Source: Okeania sp. (GTDB lineage Bacteria > Cyanobacteriota > Cyanobacteriia > Cyanobacteriales > Microcoleaceae). Taken from it: a stretch of DNA of 16,453 nucleotides. The position numbers and the translations under genes were made by a program. The stretch lies in NCBI RefSeq assembly GCF_035285525.1, contig NZ_JAYKGW010000231.1, positions 1 through 16,453 on the forward strand, given 5' to 3'. The notes below the pieces were generated by a model. The model searched no databases. It worked only from the letters and a program-made list of their open reading frames with translations, and had not been told where the DNA came from. Within the stretch, counting starts at the first letter, position 1. Every line of letters starts with the position of its first letter. Below, piece by piece: positions 1-7,942 of the stretch.

Positions 1-257
1 CAAACCCTCGACAAATGTAATTGATGTTCCGTAGGGGTTTGGTCTCCAAACCCTCGACAAATGTAATTGATGTTCCGTAGGGGTTTGGTCTCCAAACCCT
101 GGATAAATGGTGTGTATGCTCTGTAGGGGTTTGGTCTCCAAACCCTGGATAAATGGTGTGTATGCTCTGTAGGGGTTTGGTCTCCAAACCCTGGATAAAT
201 GGTGTGTATGCTCCGTAGGGGTTTGGTCTCCAAACCCTGGATAAATGGTGTGTATGC
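1..257. repeat. Tandem 46-bp repeat (about 5.6 units; window starts inside it). Two sequence variants (2 x A, then ~3.6 x B), each containing the hairpin GGGTTTGG-TCT-CCAAACCC
   Basis: Exact period 46: units start at 1, 47 (variant A, ...cgacaaatgtaattgatgttcc...) and at 93, 139, 185, 231 (variant B, ...ggataaatggtgtgtatgctc...). The shared core gtaggggtttggtctccaaaccct is an 8-bp stem with a 3-nt loop. Confidence 0.9.
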
Positions 258-306
258 GTAAACTGTGATAAACTATCTGTTGTTGAATAGTTTGATAAAT
301 TTTAAT

Positions 307-804
307 ATGCAGATATCATCATCCATTGAAGAACTTACAGAAAGAGCAAAACAGGTACTCAATCAAATTACCTACCTTACCTTAGCAACAGTAGATCAAC
401 AAGGACAACCTTGGAACTCACCAGTTTATTCTAGTTTTGATGAAGATTACACATTTTATTGGTCATCATGGATAGAAAATCAGCACTCTCAAAATATTGT
501 TAATAATGGGCGAGTTTTTGCAGTTGTTTATGATTCAAGAGCAGTAAGTGGAGAGGCATTTGGTGTTTATTTTCAAGGTGTAGCTGAAGTTATTGAAGCA
601 GAAAACGAAATATTTAATAAAGCAATTGATACTATCGACACAAAACGTGGCAAACCCAAAAGAGATAAAAAATATTTTCTTGACTCAGGACCACGACGTT
701 TATTTCGGTTTATACCAACAACTATTTGGGTTAATGTAAAAGAACCTTACGAGAATTCTTTTCTTGATAAAAGAGTAGATATTACTCAAGAAATAAAACA
801 ATAA
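307..804 (+). CDS. Pyridoxamine 5'-phosphate oxidase family (FMN-binding split-barrel) protein. The ORF track starts at a GTG at 265, but the ATG at 307 (MQISSSIEELTERAK...) is the more likely start
   Basis: The segment LTLATVDQQGQPWNSPVYSSFDEDYTFYWSSWIENQHSQNI..GRVFAVVYDS matches by eye the typical PNPOx-like pattern (helper helix, then LATVD..G.PW..PV.f). The ORF is clean with no competing frames. Confidence 0.72.
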   Translation: MQISSSIEELTERAKQVLNQITYLTLATVDQQGQPWNSPVYSSFDEDYTFYWSSWIENQHSQNIVNNGRVFAVVYDSRAVSGEAFGVYFQGVAEVIEAENEIFNKAIDTIDTKRGKPKRDKKYFLDSGPRRLFRFIPTTIWVNVKEPYENSFLDKRVDITQEIKQ

Positions 805-805
805 A

Positions 806-830
806 AAAAAGCCCGTTTACAGGCTTTTTG
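806..830 (+). terminator. Weak rho-independent terminator candidate after the PNPOx-like gene
   Basis: AAAAAGCC (806-813) pairs with GGCTTTTT (822-829) around an 8-nt loop, 2 nt after the stop codon. Only 3 G:C pairs, so it is weak. Confidence 0.35.
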
Positions 831-1202
831 TAAATCTCAAAAAAAGATATTAATGTGAAAACTTAACCAAAGATGTCAATATCTGAAATTGTTTTCCACC
901 ATTATGTATGTCAGCAATTATTAGTAGTGAAATTCACAGGAAATAATCATGATTTCTTCATCAAAACTCTCAGTTAAAAATGCGACTTTCCTCATAATTT
1001 GTAAGCCTTCAGACGTCAGCCATTAGCTGATAGCTTCATTACTTTTAGTTGATAACTAGAGCTAGTCACTATTGTGCTTCAATTCTCTAATTAAAAATAT
1101 AGTAGTATAAAAAAAACAAATATTGACTTTATTAATTAAAAAGCTGATAGCTAATAGCTAAATGCTTACCATAATTTGGTGGGATGTATATAAATATAGT
1201 TG

Positions 1203-1403
1203 TCAGGATTTTTTTAGTAATTCTACAACTTCTTTGAGATGATGAGGGTTTGCTTCTGTTGAAAAAAGATACTCTGTTTCATCAGTTTCAGTAGATTCTT
1301 TAATTAATAAAATTGCTTCAACAACTGTTCCTTCTGGTAAATCAAGGGGAGGTAAATCAAGTTGACCGTTTTTGATAGTTGTTTGATATTTTAGTGGATT
1401 CAT
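1203..1403 (-). CDS. Small antitoxin-like protein (AF2212/DUF104-like N-terminus, Phd/YefM-like C-terminal tail), apparently orphan
   Basis: TIKNGQLDLPPLDLPEGTVVEAILL resembles the DUF104 antitoxin pattern (..G.l.P...l.L.EG..v.i.i). The C-terminal EYLFSTEANPHHLKEVVELLKK resembles the YefM-type tail (YLL.SP.NA..L..si). No intact toxin ORF lies downstream. Confidence 0.45.
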   Translation of the reverse strand: MNPLKYQTTIKNGQLDLPPLDLPEGTVVEAILLIKESTETDETEYLFSTEANPHHLKEVVELLKKS

Positions 1404-1532
1404 AGTTATAATCCAGTTTCTGCGTAAGTCCTATTCTGATCCATAAATCACATTAAAAAAAATGATGACTTTGTAGGAACCTTCGCATTTTTGTTATGCA
1501 ACGTCCCTACAATAAAACCAACTGTAACTCAA

Positions 1533-1757
1533 CTATTCCAATATCTCGAAAGATTCAACTTCCAAAACAGGACCAATCATCGCGATCGTCATTACATCGT
1601 CTCGCACCACACCTGTAACCCTCACCTTTTGGTCAGACTTACATAGCTCCGTGGGAGCATCCTTTAATTCATAAGTTACAGCATCACTCACTAAAGCCCA
1701 AGTACCAGTACCAAATCCTTGTTTTTCCACAATACCAGTTACTGTAATGCTACTCAT
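1533..1757 (-). CDS. Small conserved hypothetical protein (74 aa), translationally coupled to the upstream S8 peptidase gene
   Basis: Clean ORF. Its ATG (1757-1755) overlaps the TGA stop of the peptidase gene (1756-1754) in an ATGA arrangement. No signal peptide or TM segment is visible. Confidence 0.6.
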   Translation of the reverse strand: MSSITVTGIVEKQGFGTGTWALVSDAVTYELKDAPTELCKSDQKVRVTGVVRDDVMTIAMIGPVLEVESFEILE

Positions 1758-3556
1758 GCTAATTTTTCCTCCGTTCTAATTGCTAAACGTGCTAAACCCA
1801 AACATAACAGAGCATTCACAACTAGGAATATTTGAGCAGTTATACCAGCACCTAATCCCCAAACGGCAGGATCGATAAATGCACTGACAATTAAACAGCT
1901 TGCAACTCCAATAGCAGTACCGATCGCTATCCACTTTCCTTGGTGATGACCTAATAACAACACTATTAATAATAGTGGAATCAATATACTGGCAAAAATG
2001 GGATTCAAAATACCACTACCTTGAATAGCTCCACCCAGTTCCGGTAAAGAACTACCCATGACCCGCATCGGCCATTGGGGTAAATCAAAAACATAGAAAC
2101 TACGCAAGAAAAATAACCCACTGCTACCAAAAATTAATCCGGTATGTAGAGGGAAACTCCAAGCAAAAGGGAAATAATTTCTTAGTAACCAAGCTAACAA
2201 ATAAGAACCTAACACCATTGCTAACTTCGGCAACAATGCTACCGCACCACCATCCAGCCAAAAACCAGGATTTAGATAACCGTTGTCATGCAACCACCGG
2301 AAGAAATCCCGGAAGGTAATTTGACCTTTGATTGCTAAATTAACGGCGGCGGCTGCATCCAACTGGCCTGCACCAAAATGATTTAATGGATCTTCTTCAA
2401 CTGCTCTAGCAGATTTTTTGAGAATATTGGTGATTTCCTCTGGGTCTTCAATACCACTCGCTTTAATTAATGCTGCTACCCCGGCAACGTGGGGAGATGC
2501 CATGCTTGTTCCTTGGAAGGAAGCAAATATAGTGCTGCCATTTTCTGGATTGATGGTTTCTTGGAGAATACCGCCACCTTCATTTTTATCTTTAGTGGAA
2601 CCACCAGGAGCAGAAATATCAACTCCGGCACCAAAGTTAGAGTATGGAGCTTTGTCTCCAGTGGCGTCGGTAGCGGATACTCCAATAACATGGGGATAAC
2701 GAGCAGGGTAACTTGCTGAACTTTGGTTGGCGTTGCCCGCAGCAGCAATAATAACTACACCTTTATTGTGAGCATAATTAATTGCTTCTTGCATTATTTG
2801 GCTTTCACCACCACCACCAAGACTCATATTAATAATGTCTGCACCGTTATCGGCAGCAAATTTTATGGACTCGGCAATATCGGAAACTGTGCCGCCACCT
2901 TGAGCAGATAATACTTTTAGAGGCATGATACTAGCTTCGTAAGCAATACCTGCTACACCATAGTTGTTGTTGGTAGTTTGAGCAATAGTACCTGCAACAT
3001 GAGTACCATGACCGTTGTCATCAGTAGCTGATGTGTTATCATTCACAAAGTCGTAGCCATCAACGAATTTGGTTTTTTGCAGGTCAGGAACTCTCGTAAC
3101 TCCTGTATCAATAACTGCTACAGTTATGCCGTCGCCTTTGGTTTGATTCCAGGCAGATTCGACATTGATGCTCCGCAGGTTCCATTGTTTCCCGTACATG
3201 GGGTCGTTAGGACCGTCACCACTGTCAAATATGATGGCATTAGCGCTATAAACATAGTTGGGTTCAATGTATTCGGTATATTTGCCCAGAGAACTTTTTA
3301 ACTTTTTGAGAAGTTGGCGATCGCCCTTGACAATATACACATTATCTGATAAAGAAAATTCACTATTTAGAGTAGGTGTGACTTGGTATTTGTCGGAGAT
3401 TGTCCTAATTTCATCGACAATTTTAGTAACTCCGATATCTTCACGGAAGTCTAAAACGATTGAGTCATAGATTCCTTTATTGGCCAAACCAGAGAAATTG
3501 GATAAGGCCCAACCAAGTCCAATTAAGAATAAGCAGGCAAACAGAAATTTTTTCAT
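1754..3556 (-). CDS. S8 family (subtilisin-like) serine peptidase: signal/anchor, I9-like propeptide, catalytic domain, and a ~170-aa polytopic C-terminal membrane domain
   Basis: The catalytic triad motifs are explicit: VAVIDTGV (D150, nt 3107-3109), NGHGTHVAG (H183, nt 3008-3010), GTSMASPHVAG (S351, nt 2504-2506), with the oxyanion Asn in AAAGNAN. The N-terminus MKKFLFACLFLIGLGWALS is hydrophobic. Residues ~435-590 contain about 5 hydrophobic helices. Confidence 0.95.
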   Translation of the reverse strand: MKKFLFACLFLIGLGWALSNFSGLANKGIYDSIVLDFREDIGVTKIVDEIRTISDKYQVTPTLNSEFSLSDNVYIVKGDRQLLKKLKSSLGKYTEYIEPNYVYSANAIIFDSGDGPNDPMYGKQWNLRSINVESAWNQTKGDGITVAVIDTGVTRVPDLQKTKFVDGYDFVNDNTSATDDNGHGTHVAGTIAQTTNNNYGVAGIAYEASIMPLKVLSAQGGGTVSDIAESIKFAADNGADIINMSLGGGGESQIMQEAINYAHNKGVVIIAAAGNANQSSASYPARYPHVIGVSATDATGDKAPYSNFGAGVDISAPGGSTKDKNEGGGILQETINPENGSTIFASFQGTSMASPHVAGVAALIKASGIEDPEEITNILKKSARAVEEDPLNHFGAGQLDAAAAVNLAIKGQITFRDFFRWLHDNGYLNPGFWLDGGAVALLPKLAMVLGSYLLAWLLRNYFPFAWSFPLHTGLIFGSSGLFFLRSFYVFDLPQWPMRVMGSSLPELGGAIQGSGILNPIFASILIPLLLIVLLLGHHQGKWIAIGTAIGVASCLIVSAFIDPAVWGLGAGITAQIFLVVNALLCLGLARLAIRTEEKLA

Positions 3557-3778
3557 TGTCTGAGATATTCAATATGGGGGACTTTTTTAACTAGCTATCA
3601 GCTTTGAGCATTGAGCTAGTCTCCAGCAAAGGAAATGCTTTAACAGCTTTTTTAGTTTCCGTGCTTCTATAAGCAGGATGGTTGAGTCAGGGTTAAAACC
3701 CTTTCTGAACTAAAAAAAACAGTTTTGCTGAATGTTGACCGCTTTTTTTATACGATAGCTTACAGACTTTAGTATTGG

Positions 3779-4213
3779 ATGTTAAAAATGGAAAGAGGTT
3801 TGTTATGGTTGCCTTTATTGGGTGTATTTATCTGGTTAGCTTGGGCTGGTTGGAATGAGTATCAAAAGGTGGAAGCTTATCGTGTTTGGGCAGAATCTTT
3901 TGAGAAAGCTAAATATGATATTTATGCGGTATTGGGTCAGAATGGCGATCAGATAACTTGGGGGAAACCGACGCGCAAAGGACCTATTAATTTGGAGACT
4001 TTTTCTTTGTCGAATGTGCGATCGCTAGAATTATTGGTTGATAATGAGGTAGTGGAGGTAGAAAATCCGCCTAATAATGGTAAGGTAGTTTTGGAGTTTG
4101 TTTTTTCTGATTCCAAAAGTATCCAAATTCCTTTTACAGATATTAGTTTAGCTGTTAATTGGTGTAAATATTTACAGTCTATTACGGTGGGTTTTGTTGA
4201 CGCAAACCTTTGA
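3779..4213 (+). CDS. Hypothetical membrane-anchored protein (144 aa; alternative start ATG at 3788)
   Basis: Clean ORF, divergent from the peptidase gene. It has one N-terminal hydrophobic helix (LLWLPLLGVFIWLAWAGW). I recognise no family. Confidence 0.55.
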   Translation: MLKMERGLLWLPLLGVFIWLAWAGWNEYQKVEAYRVWAESFEKAKYDIYAVLGQNGDQITWGKPTRKGPINLETFSLSNVRSLELLVDNEVVEVENPPNNGKVVLEFVFSDSKSIQIPFTDISLAVNWCKYLQSITVGFVDANL

Positions 4214-4261
4214 TGTCCGGTTGAATACTTATCACTTTCGAGGCAGGAAAATAGAGGAAAT

Positions 4262-4290
4262 TCTCCCGCTTTGAAAGGGGGAGATATTTT
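4262..4290 (+). terminator. Candidate rho-independent terminator downstream of the 144-aa ORF
   Basis: TCTCCC (4262-4267) pairs with GGGAGA (4279-4284) around an 11-nt loop and is followed by TATTTT. Confidence 0.35.
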
Positions 4291-4544
4291 CTGCTGCTTA
4301 ATTTATATTATACCAATTACCATGCATTAATGCTATACTAAGTGCCATAGTTCAACAGTGCATAGTTACCAAGATTAAAAGTCTGTTTTTGATAATTATT
4401 TAGTCGATTAGTAATTATTTTTCCTGCTTTTCCTCTACCCACACTTCCCACACTTCCCCGTCCAATCAGACATAGCATTTTTTTGAGAAATGGTATTAGA
4501 TGATATCCCTAATTTATTTAATATTTGTTTCTTGTTCCTTGCTT

Positions 4545-5171
4545 CTAATTTTTTTTGGCTTTAAAATCCGAAATAGCATCAAAAGACTCATCCCAATCTA
4601 GATAACTAACTAATAATTCTAAATCAATATTTGGCAATAACTGAATATTTTTTTTGTCTAAATATTCACCATTTTCTAGGCAAAAAACCTGTAACTATTC
4701 ATTTTGCCAAAAACAAACTTCAGAAACACCTAAACTTTGATAAATTCCTAAAGTTTTAATTCCTCCGCTAGTAATTACAACTTCAATTGCTAGATCTGGA
4801 ACCTTTTTTTTTACTACCAATGCAATAACGTTGGTCTGGCTTAATACCTTTTAATTTATCTTGAGATTTCAGAGTTGTAGAACCAAAAGGATAAAAATAA
4901 ATCCCAGTTTCCAAACAATAATTTTCGACCAACATCCCCAACATTTTTTTGTGAATTTCATGGCGACTACTAGGAGATATAATATTTTTAAAATTCTTTG
5001 ATTATAAATAACTTTAAAATCAGGTGAATTTCCTAAATAATTCAATAAATTTTCATAAATATTCCAGCTTATATGAGTAGAAATTAATAAGCGAGCAGTA
5101 TCGAGATTGTCACAATTTCAGTATTCGATAAGTTTTACAAAAGATGGGGTATTAGATAATGAAACTACCAT
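4545..5171 (-). pseudogene. Decayed Uma2 family (DUF820, PD-(D/E)xK-type) endonuclease gene
   Basis: Manual translation of the minus strand gives MVVSLSNTPSFVKLIEY*..DTARLLISTHISWNIYENLLNYLGNSPDFKVIYNQRILKI / ISPSSRHEIHKKMLGMLVENYCLETGIYFYPFGSTTLKSQDKLKGIKPDQRYCIGSKKK / VPDLAIEVVITSGGIKTLGIYQSLGVSEVCFWQNE*LQVFCLENGEYLDKKNIQLLPNIDLELLVSYLDWDESFDAISDFKAKKN*. It carries the Uma2 hallmarks (SP..RHE, PDLAIEV..S). Disruptions: an in-frame TGA (5118-5120), a frameshift near 4981-4985, a frameshift in the 9-nt homopolymer at 4804-4812, and an in-frame TAG (4695-4697). No ORF of 60 aa or more appears here in the track. Confidence 0.72.
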
Positions 5172-5272
5172 AAAATTAACCTCTCATAATTCCATTTTAG
5201 TGATATAATTTAGTATTTTTCACAAGTATTTACCGAAAAATAAAGGTATAAAATTTAGAATTAAGAATTTAA

Positions 5273-5413
5273 AATTTAGAATTGGAGAGTATACTGAAAA
5301 CATTATGGAAAAAGACTTACAGCACTTAAAGTTCCGAATATAAAGTTTCTCACCTTTAGATAGCTGAAAGCCTTATCTAGTAATAATTATTCTTATAACT
5401 TTGTACTGTAGAC
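5273..5413. repeat. Dispersed repeat copy A. Its paralogue at 10667-10977 carries a MITE-like insertion
   Basis: Shared blocks with copy B: aatttagaattggagagta (5273-5291 vs 10667-10685), ggaaaa(a)gacttaca, aaagtttct, and tagctgaaagcYttaKctagYaataRttattcttaKaactttgYactgtMgaS. Confidence 0.75.
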
Positions 5414-5528
5414 ATCTCCGGAAAAGAGGGAAAAGGGAATACTTAACTGGGAATAGGAGGAAGTAATTGATGATTTATAAATAAGAATTGATTCTATTTT
5501 TTATTTCTGGAGATCTCTTATCTAGTTA

Positions 5529-6446
5529 TTAATTATTAACTATAGAAAATCCTAAATGATTAGCAATTGAACGTTCACGCATAGGTATCCAAGTATGAAC
5601 TGGTGAATTTAATAATCTCCCTTTAGAATCAGGTCTCACTACTAAAGTTGTGGAACCTCCACCATCTAAATTTAATGCTTTATCTACACCCAAATTAATC
5701 ATAAATTCCTGTAATTCTGCTACAGTCATACCATCACTATAAAAAGGTTGTTTACCATCAACTAAAACCAACCATAATTTATCACCTTTTTGATTAATTC
5801 CTACTGCGGTTCGTGGATAAGGTTTTATATCAATATAAGAATTTCTTGGTAACTTTACTGGTTGACCATTAGCAACTAAAATTAAATTACCAGAAATAGC
5901 TTGAGTAGTTGAAGTCGGACAAATAGAACTATCTGATATTTCAGCATAATTATTGACATTAAAACATAAAGTCGGCCAGTTTCTATCCATTACATCTCCT
6001 ACAGAATAGTCATTACCATGAGATATTGCTCGTCCGACTACGTTGACTAAATCCCCACTTCTTGGATAAAAATCCCAAGGTGTATTCTCATAAAAAGGAT
6101 AGAAAAAGTTAGCATTTATTCCTAATTGTAAGTCAAATTCATTGACAAATTCAGAAGTGGTGCGGGCAGTAATTTTCATATCTGGAGAAGTGGAAATTCT
6201 GGGGGTTACTAATACTTTCATACCTGATGTATTTAAGTAAATAGTAACAACATGAATCATTATCGAACGAGGTTGATAAAAAGGTATTCGTTCATATAAA
6301 ACTCCAGGAAATAGTAATAAATTTTTGTTAGTTCTAGGAGGGCGAATAAAAGATAATGTTGTAAAAATTGTTAGTATTAAAACTAACAAAAAAACGATGC
6401 CTATAGTTAAAAGCGATCGCCATCTGAAAATTCTAGATTGAGACAT
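5529..6446 (-). CDS. Phosphodiester glycosidase family protein (DUF2233/NAGPA-like) with an N-terminal membrane anchor
   Basis: The C-terminal signature ALNLDGGGSTTLV, followed by ..P.RERSIANHLGF, is typical of the phosphodiester glycosidase family. The N-terminus WRSLLTIGIVFLLVLILTIFTTLSFI is a TM helix. Confidence 0.72.
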   Translation of the reverse strand: MSQSRIFRWRSLLTIGIVFLLVLILTIFTTLSFIRPPRTNKNLLLFPGVLYERIPFYQPRSIMIHVVTIYLNTSGMKVLVTPRISTSPDMKITARTTSEFVNEFDLQLGINANFFYPFYENTPWDFYPRSGDLVNVVGRAISHGNDYSVGDVMDRNWPTLCFNVNNYAEISDSSICPTSTTQAISGNLILVANGQPVKLPRNSYIDIKPYPRTAVGINQKGDKLWLVLVDGKQPFYSDGMTVAELQEFMINLGVDKALNLDGGGSTTLVVRPDSKGRLLNSPVHTWIPMRERSIANHLGFSIVNN

Positions 6447-6707
6447 TAGATAAAATCCTTTAATAGGGAGTAGGGAGTAGGGGGTATACTCAGAAACCCG
6501 GTTTCTCTCAAGGAACAGGGATTAGGACACAGCTAGCAGTTTCCTCGATGAGGCCACCGATGGGAAAAATCGCACTTGTCTGGAAATTTCTTGGTTTGAA
6601 CAACAATATCACAGCAATAAACTAGGTTTTTTGGTGGCTTTGCGTAAGTCTTGAAATTAATCCTCTCTATTTCCTGTTCCCTCCATACCTGTTCCCTATT
6701 CCCTATT

Positions 6708-7319
6708 TTAACAAATAGGTTTTTTTCCTGATTTGACAGCATGAATATACTCACTACCAGAATTAGGAAAATCTCTACGATATTTTGCAGATTCTGGTTT
6801 TCCCCATCCTAACTGTAGCAGCATCTCTAGAAAATCTGATTTTTCCCACTTCAACATATTTGCCCATTCTGTGCGTTGAGCGATCGCTTCTATCTCTGGT
6901 ATTTCTATAGGGCAAAATTCTCGACCATGATTTACACTTAAATATAAATCCATACCTATAGTTACTTGATACCAGAAATTTAACACAGAAGCTTTAGCTG
7001 CCTGCAAAATTTCTAAATCATTAGACAAAGCAATTAATTGTTCATGCACCACAGGAAAACTAATTTTTTGCTCATTTACTGTCACTTGTCGCCACACAAT
7101 ACCAGAAACCAAATATTCTCTTTGATAGCGATGAATAGTAGCTTGAAAATCTTGATAGGCAGCAAATTTTTGGAACCCCTCTGGTTTGATAAATTTGTCA
7201 ACCACTGGGTTGCCAGTATGAGGAGTTGCAGCCAAATTAAGGCGTTGGCCTCCTATACAAGCTTGGCGTTCTTTTGCTAATATATTAATTAATTCAGTAG
7301 TGTTGTAGACCTTTGACAT
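6708..7319 (-). CDS. Conserved hypothetical protein (203 aa), same strand and downstream of the thrC / MoaD-like pair
   Basis: Long clean ORF with a non-repetitive, balanced composition. I recognise no family. Its 3' end runs into a GGGAAYAGG-type repeat block, so the exact C-terminus is uncertain. Confidence 0.6.
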   Translation of the reverse strand: MSKVYNTTELINILAKERQACIGGQRLNLAATPHTGNPVVDKFIKPEGFQKFAAYQDFQATIHRYQREYLVSGIVWRQVTVNEQKISFPVVHEQLIALSNDLEILQAAKASVLNFWYQVTIGMDLYLSVNHGREFCPIEIPEIEAIAQRTEWANMLKWEKSDFLEMLLQLGWGKPESAKYRRDFPNSGSEYIHAVKSGKKPIC

Positions 7320-7354
7320 CAGAACATACTATAGTCAGAGTTACATAAAATATA

Positions 7355-7402
7355 CAGGACTTACGCAAAGGTATTATATCTACGGTCGGTGCGTAAGTCC
7401 TG
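7355..7402. repeat. Perfect 13-bp inverted repeat CAGGACTTACGCA / TGCGTAAGTCCTG (22-nt loop), a member of a dispersed family
   Basis: Arms at 7355-7367 and 7390-7402. Half-site copies occur at about 1421-1433 (ctgcgtaagtcct) and, degenerate, at about 6644-6656 (tttgcgtaagtct). Confidence 0.85.
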
Positions 7403-7410
7403 ATATATTC

Positions 7411-7446
7411 ATTATTAAATTAGGGACGTTGCATCCAACGTCCCTA
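7411..7446 (-). terminator. Candidate intrinsic terminator for the thrC / MoaD-like transcript, also a dispersed palindromic repeat
   Basis: TAGGGACGTTG (7421-7431) pairs with CAACGTCCCTA (7436-7446), an 11-bp stem with a 4-nt loop. On the minus strand it is followed by ATTTAATAAT and lies ~90 nt after the stop of the 91-aa gene. A half-site, gcaacgtccctaca, recurs at about 1499-1512. Confidence 0.4.
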
Positions 7447-7534
7447 CAAGGTTTTGGTTATAAAGTGATTTTTAGAAACTGATGGGAAATTTTAAAAAAC
7501 TCAACCCATGAAATACCCTTTTTTCCAAACCTAT

Positions 7535-7810
7535 CTAACCACCAGCAACAGCAGGAACAATACTAACTTCATCCCCATCTTTCAAAGATGTCTTTGTTCC
7601 TTCTAAAAACCGGATATCTTCATTATTCACATAGAAATTTAAAAATCTCCTGGGTTCTCCTTGGTCATCACAGAGACTTTTTTTAATCCCTGGATAATTT
7701 GTTTCTAGAGACTCTATTAATTCTGAAATATTACCACCGCCACATTCAATTTTTGCTTGCTCTTTAGTGAATTTTTGTAGTGGTGTAGGAATTAAAACTG
7801 TAACTGCCAT
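7535..7810 (-). CDS. MoaD/ThiS family ubiquitin-like sulfur-carrier protein (ends ...VPAVAGG)
   Basis: It is 91 aa with a C-terminal Gly-Gly directly before the stop and the [14 protein letters not shown] motif characteristic of the beta-grasp sulfur carriers MoaD, ThiS and CysO. Confidence 0.8.
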   Translation of the reverse strand: MAVTVLIPTPLQKFTKEQAKIECGGGNISELIESLETNYPGIKKSLCDDQGEPRRFLNFYVNNEDIRFLEGTKTSLKDGDEVSIVPAVAGG

Positions 7811-7842
7811 AACTTAGTAATTGATTTTTGTAACTAGTTGAG

Positions 7843-7932
7843 AATTTGAAGGTTTTTTGGGGGTTTGGAGACCAAACCCCTACATAGAAAATTTGAAGGT
7901 TTTTTTGGGGGTTTGGAGACCAAACCCCTACA
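7843..7932. repeat. Two tandem 47-bp units containing the hairpin GGGGTTTGG-AGA-CCAAACCCC, the inverse orientation of the family at 1-257
   Basis: Units at 7843-7884 and 7890-7932 (aatttgaaggtttttt(t)gggggtttggagaccaaacccctaca). The 9-bp stem is at 7860-7868 / 7872-7880. The repeat sits in the 132-nt spacer between thrC and the MoaD-like gene. Confidence 0.9.
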
Positions 7933-7942
7933 GCGATAAAAA

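Noticed and set aside
1-257. Possible CRISPR array (24-nt palindromic repeat with 22-nt spacers)
   Set aside because: The spacers are not unique (variant A occurs twice and variant B about four times, identical apart from one substitution, c for t, in the unit at 185-230) and are too short. The unit is simply a 46-bp tandem repeat. No cas genes are adjacent, and the same hairpin is dispersed singly elsewhere.
2418-3470. Six ORFs of 62-93 aa overlapping the S8 peptidase gene (2418-2699+, 2476-2748-, 2489-2719+, 2723-2911+, 3077-3301+, 3258-3470+)
   Set aside because: They are shadow or alternative-frame ORFs inside a gene with unambiguous subtilase motifs. Their sequences are low-complexity and lack motifs.
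5417-5422. TCCGGA (DIF-type heterocyst promoter motif)
   Set aside because: It is a single palindromic hexamer expected by chance a few times in 16 kb. No suitably spaced -10 box or downstream gene is present.
6533-6754. 73-aa ORF on the minus strand
   Set aside because: It overlaps the 3' end of the 203-aa gene, runs through GGGAAYAGG-type and TGCGTAAGTC repeat DNA, and has an odd Cys/Trp/His-rich composition. It is likely spurious.
7038-7280. Antisense ORFs inside larger genes (7038-7280+, 10015-10224+, 11437-11724-, 15471-15668-)
   Set aside because: Each lies wholly within, or opposite to, a better-supported longer ORF and has no recognisable motifs.
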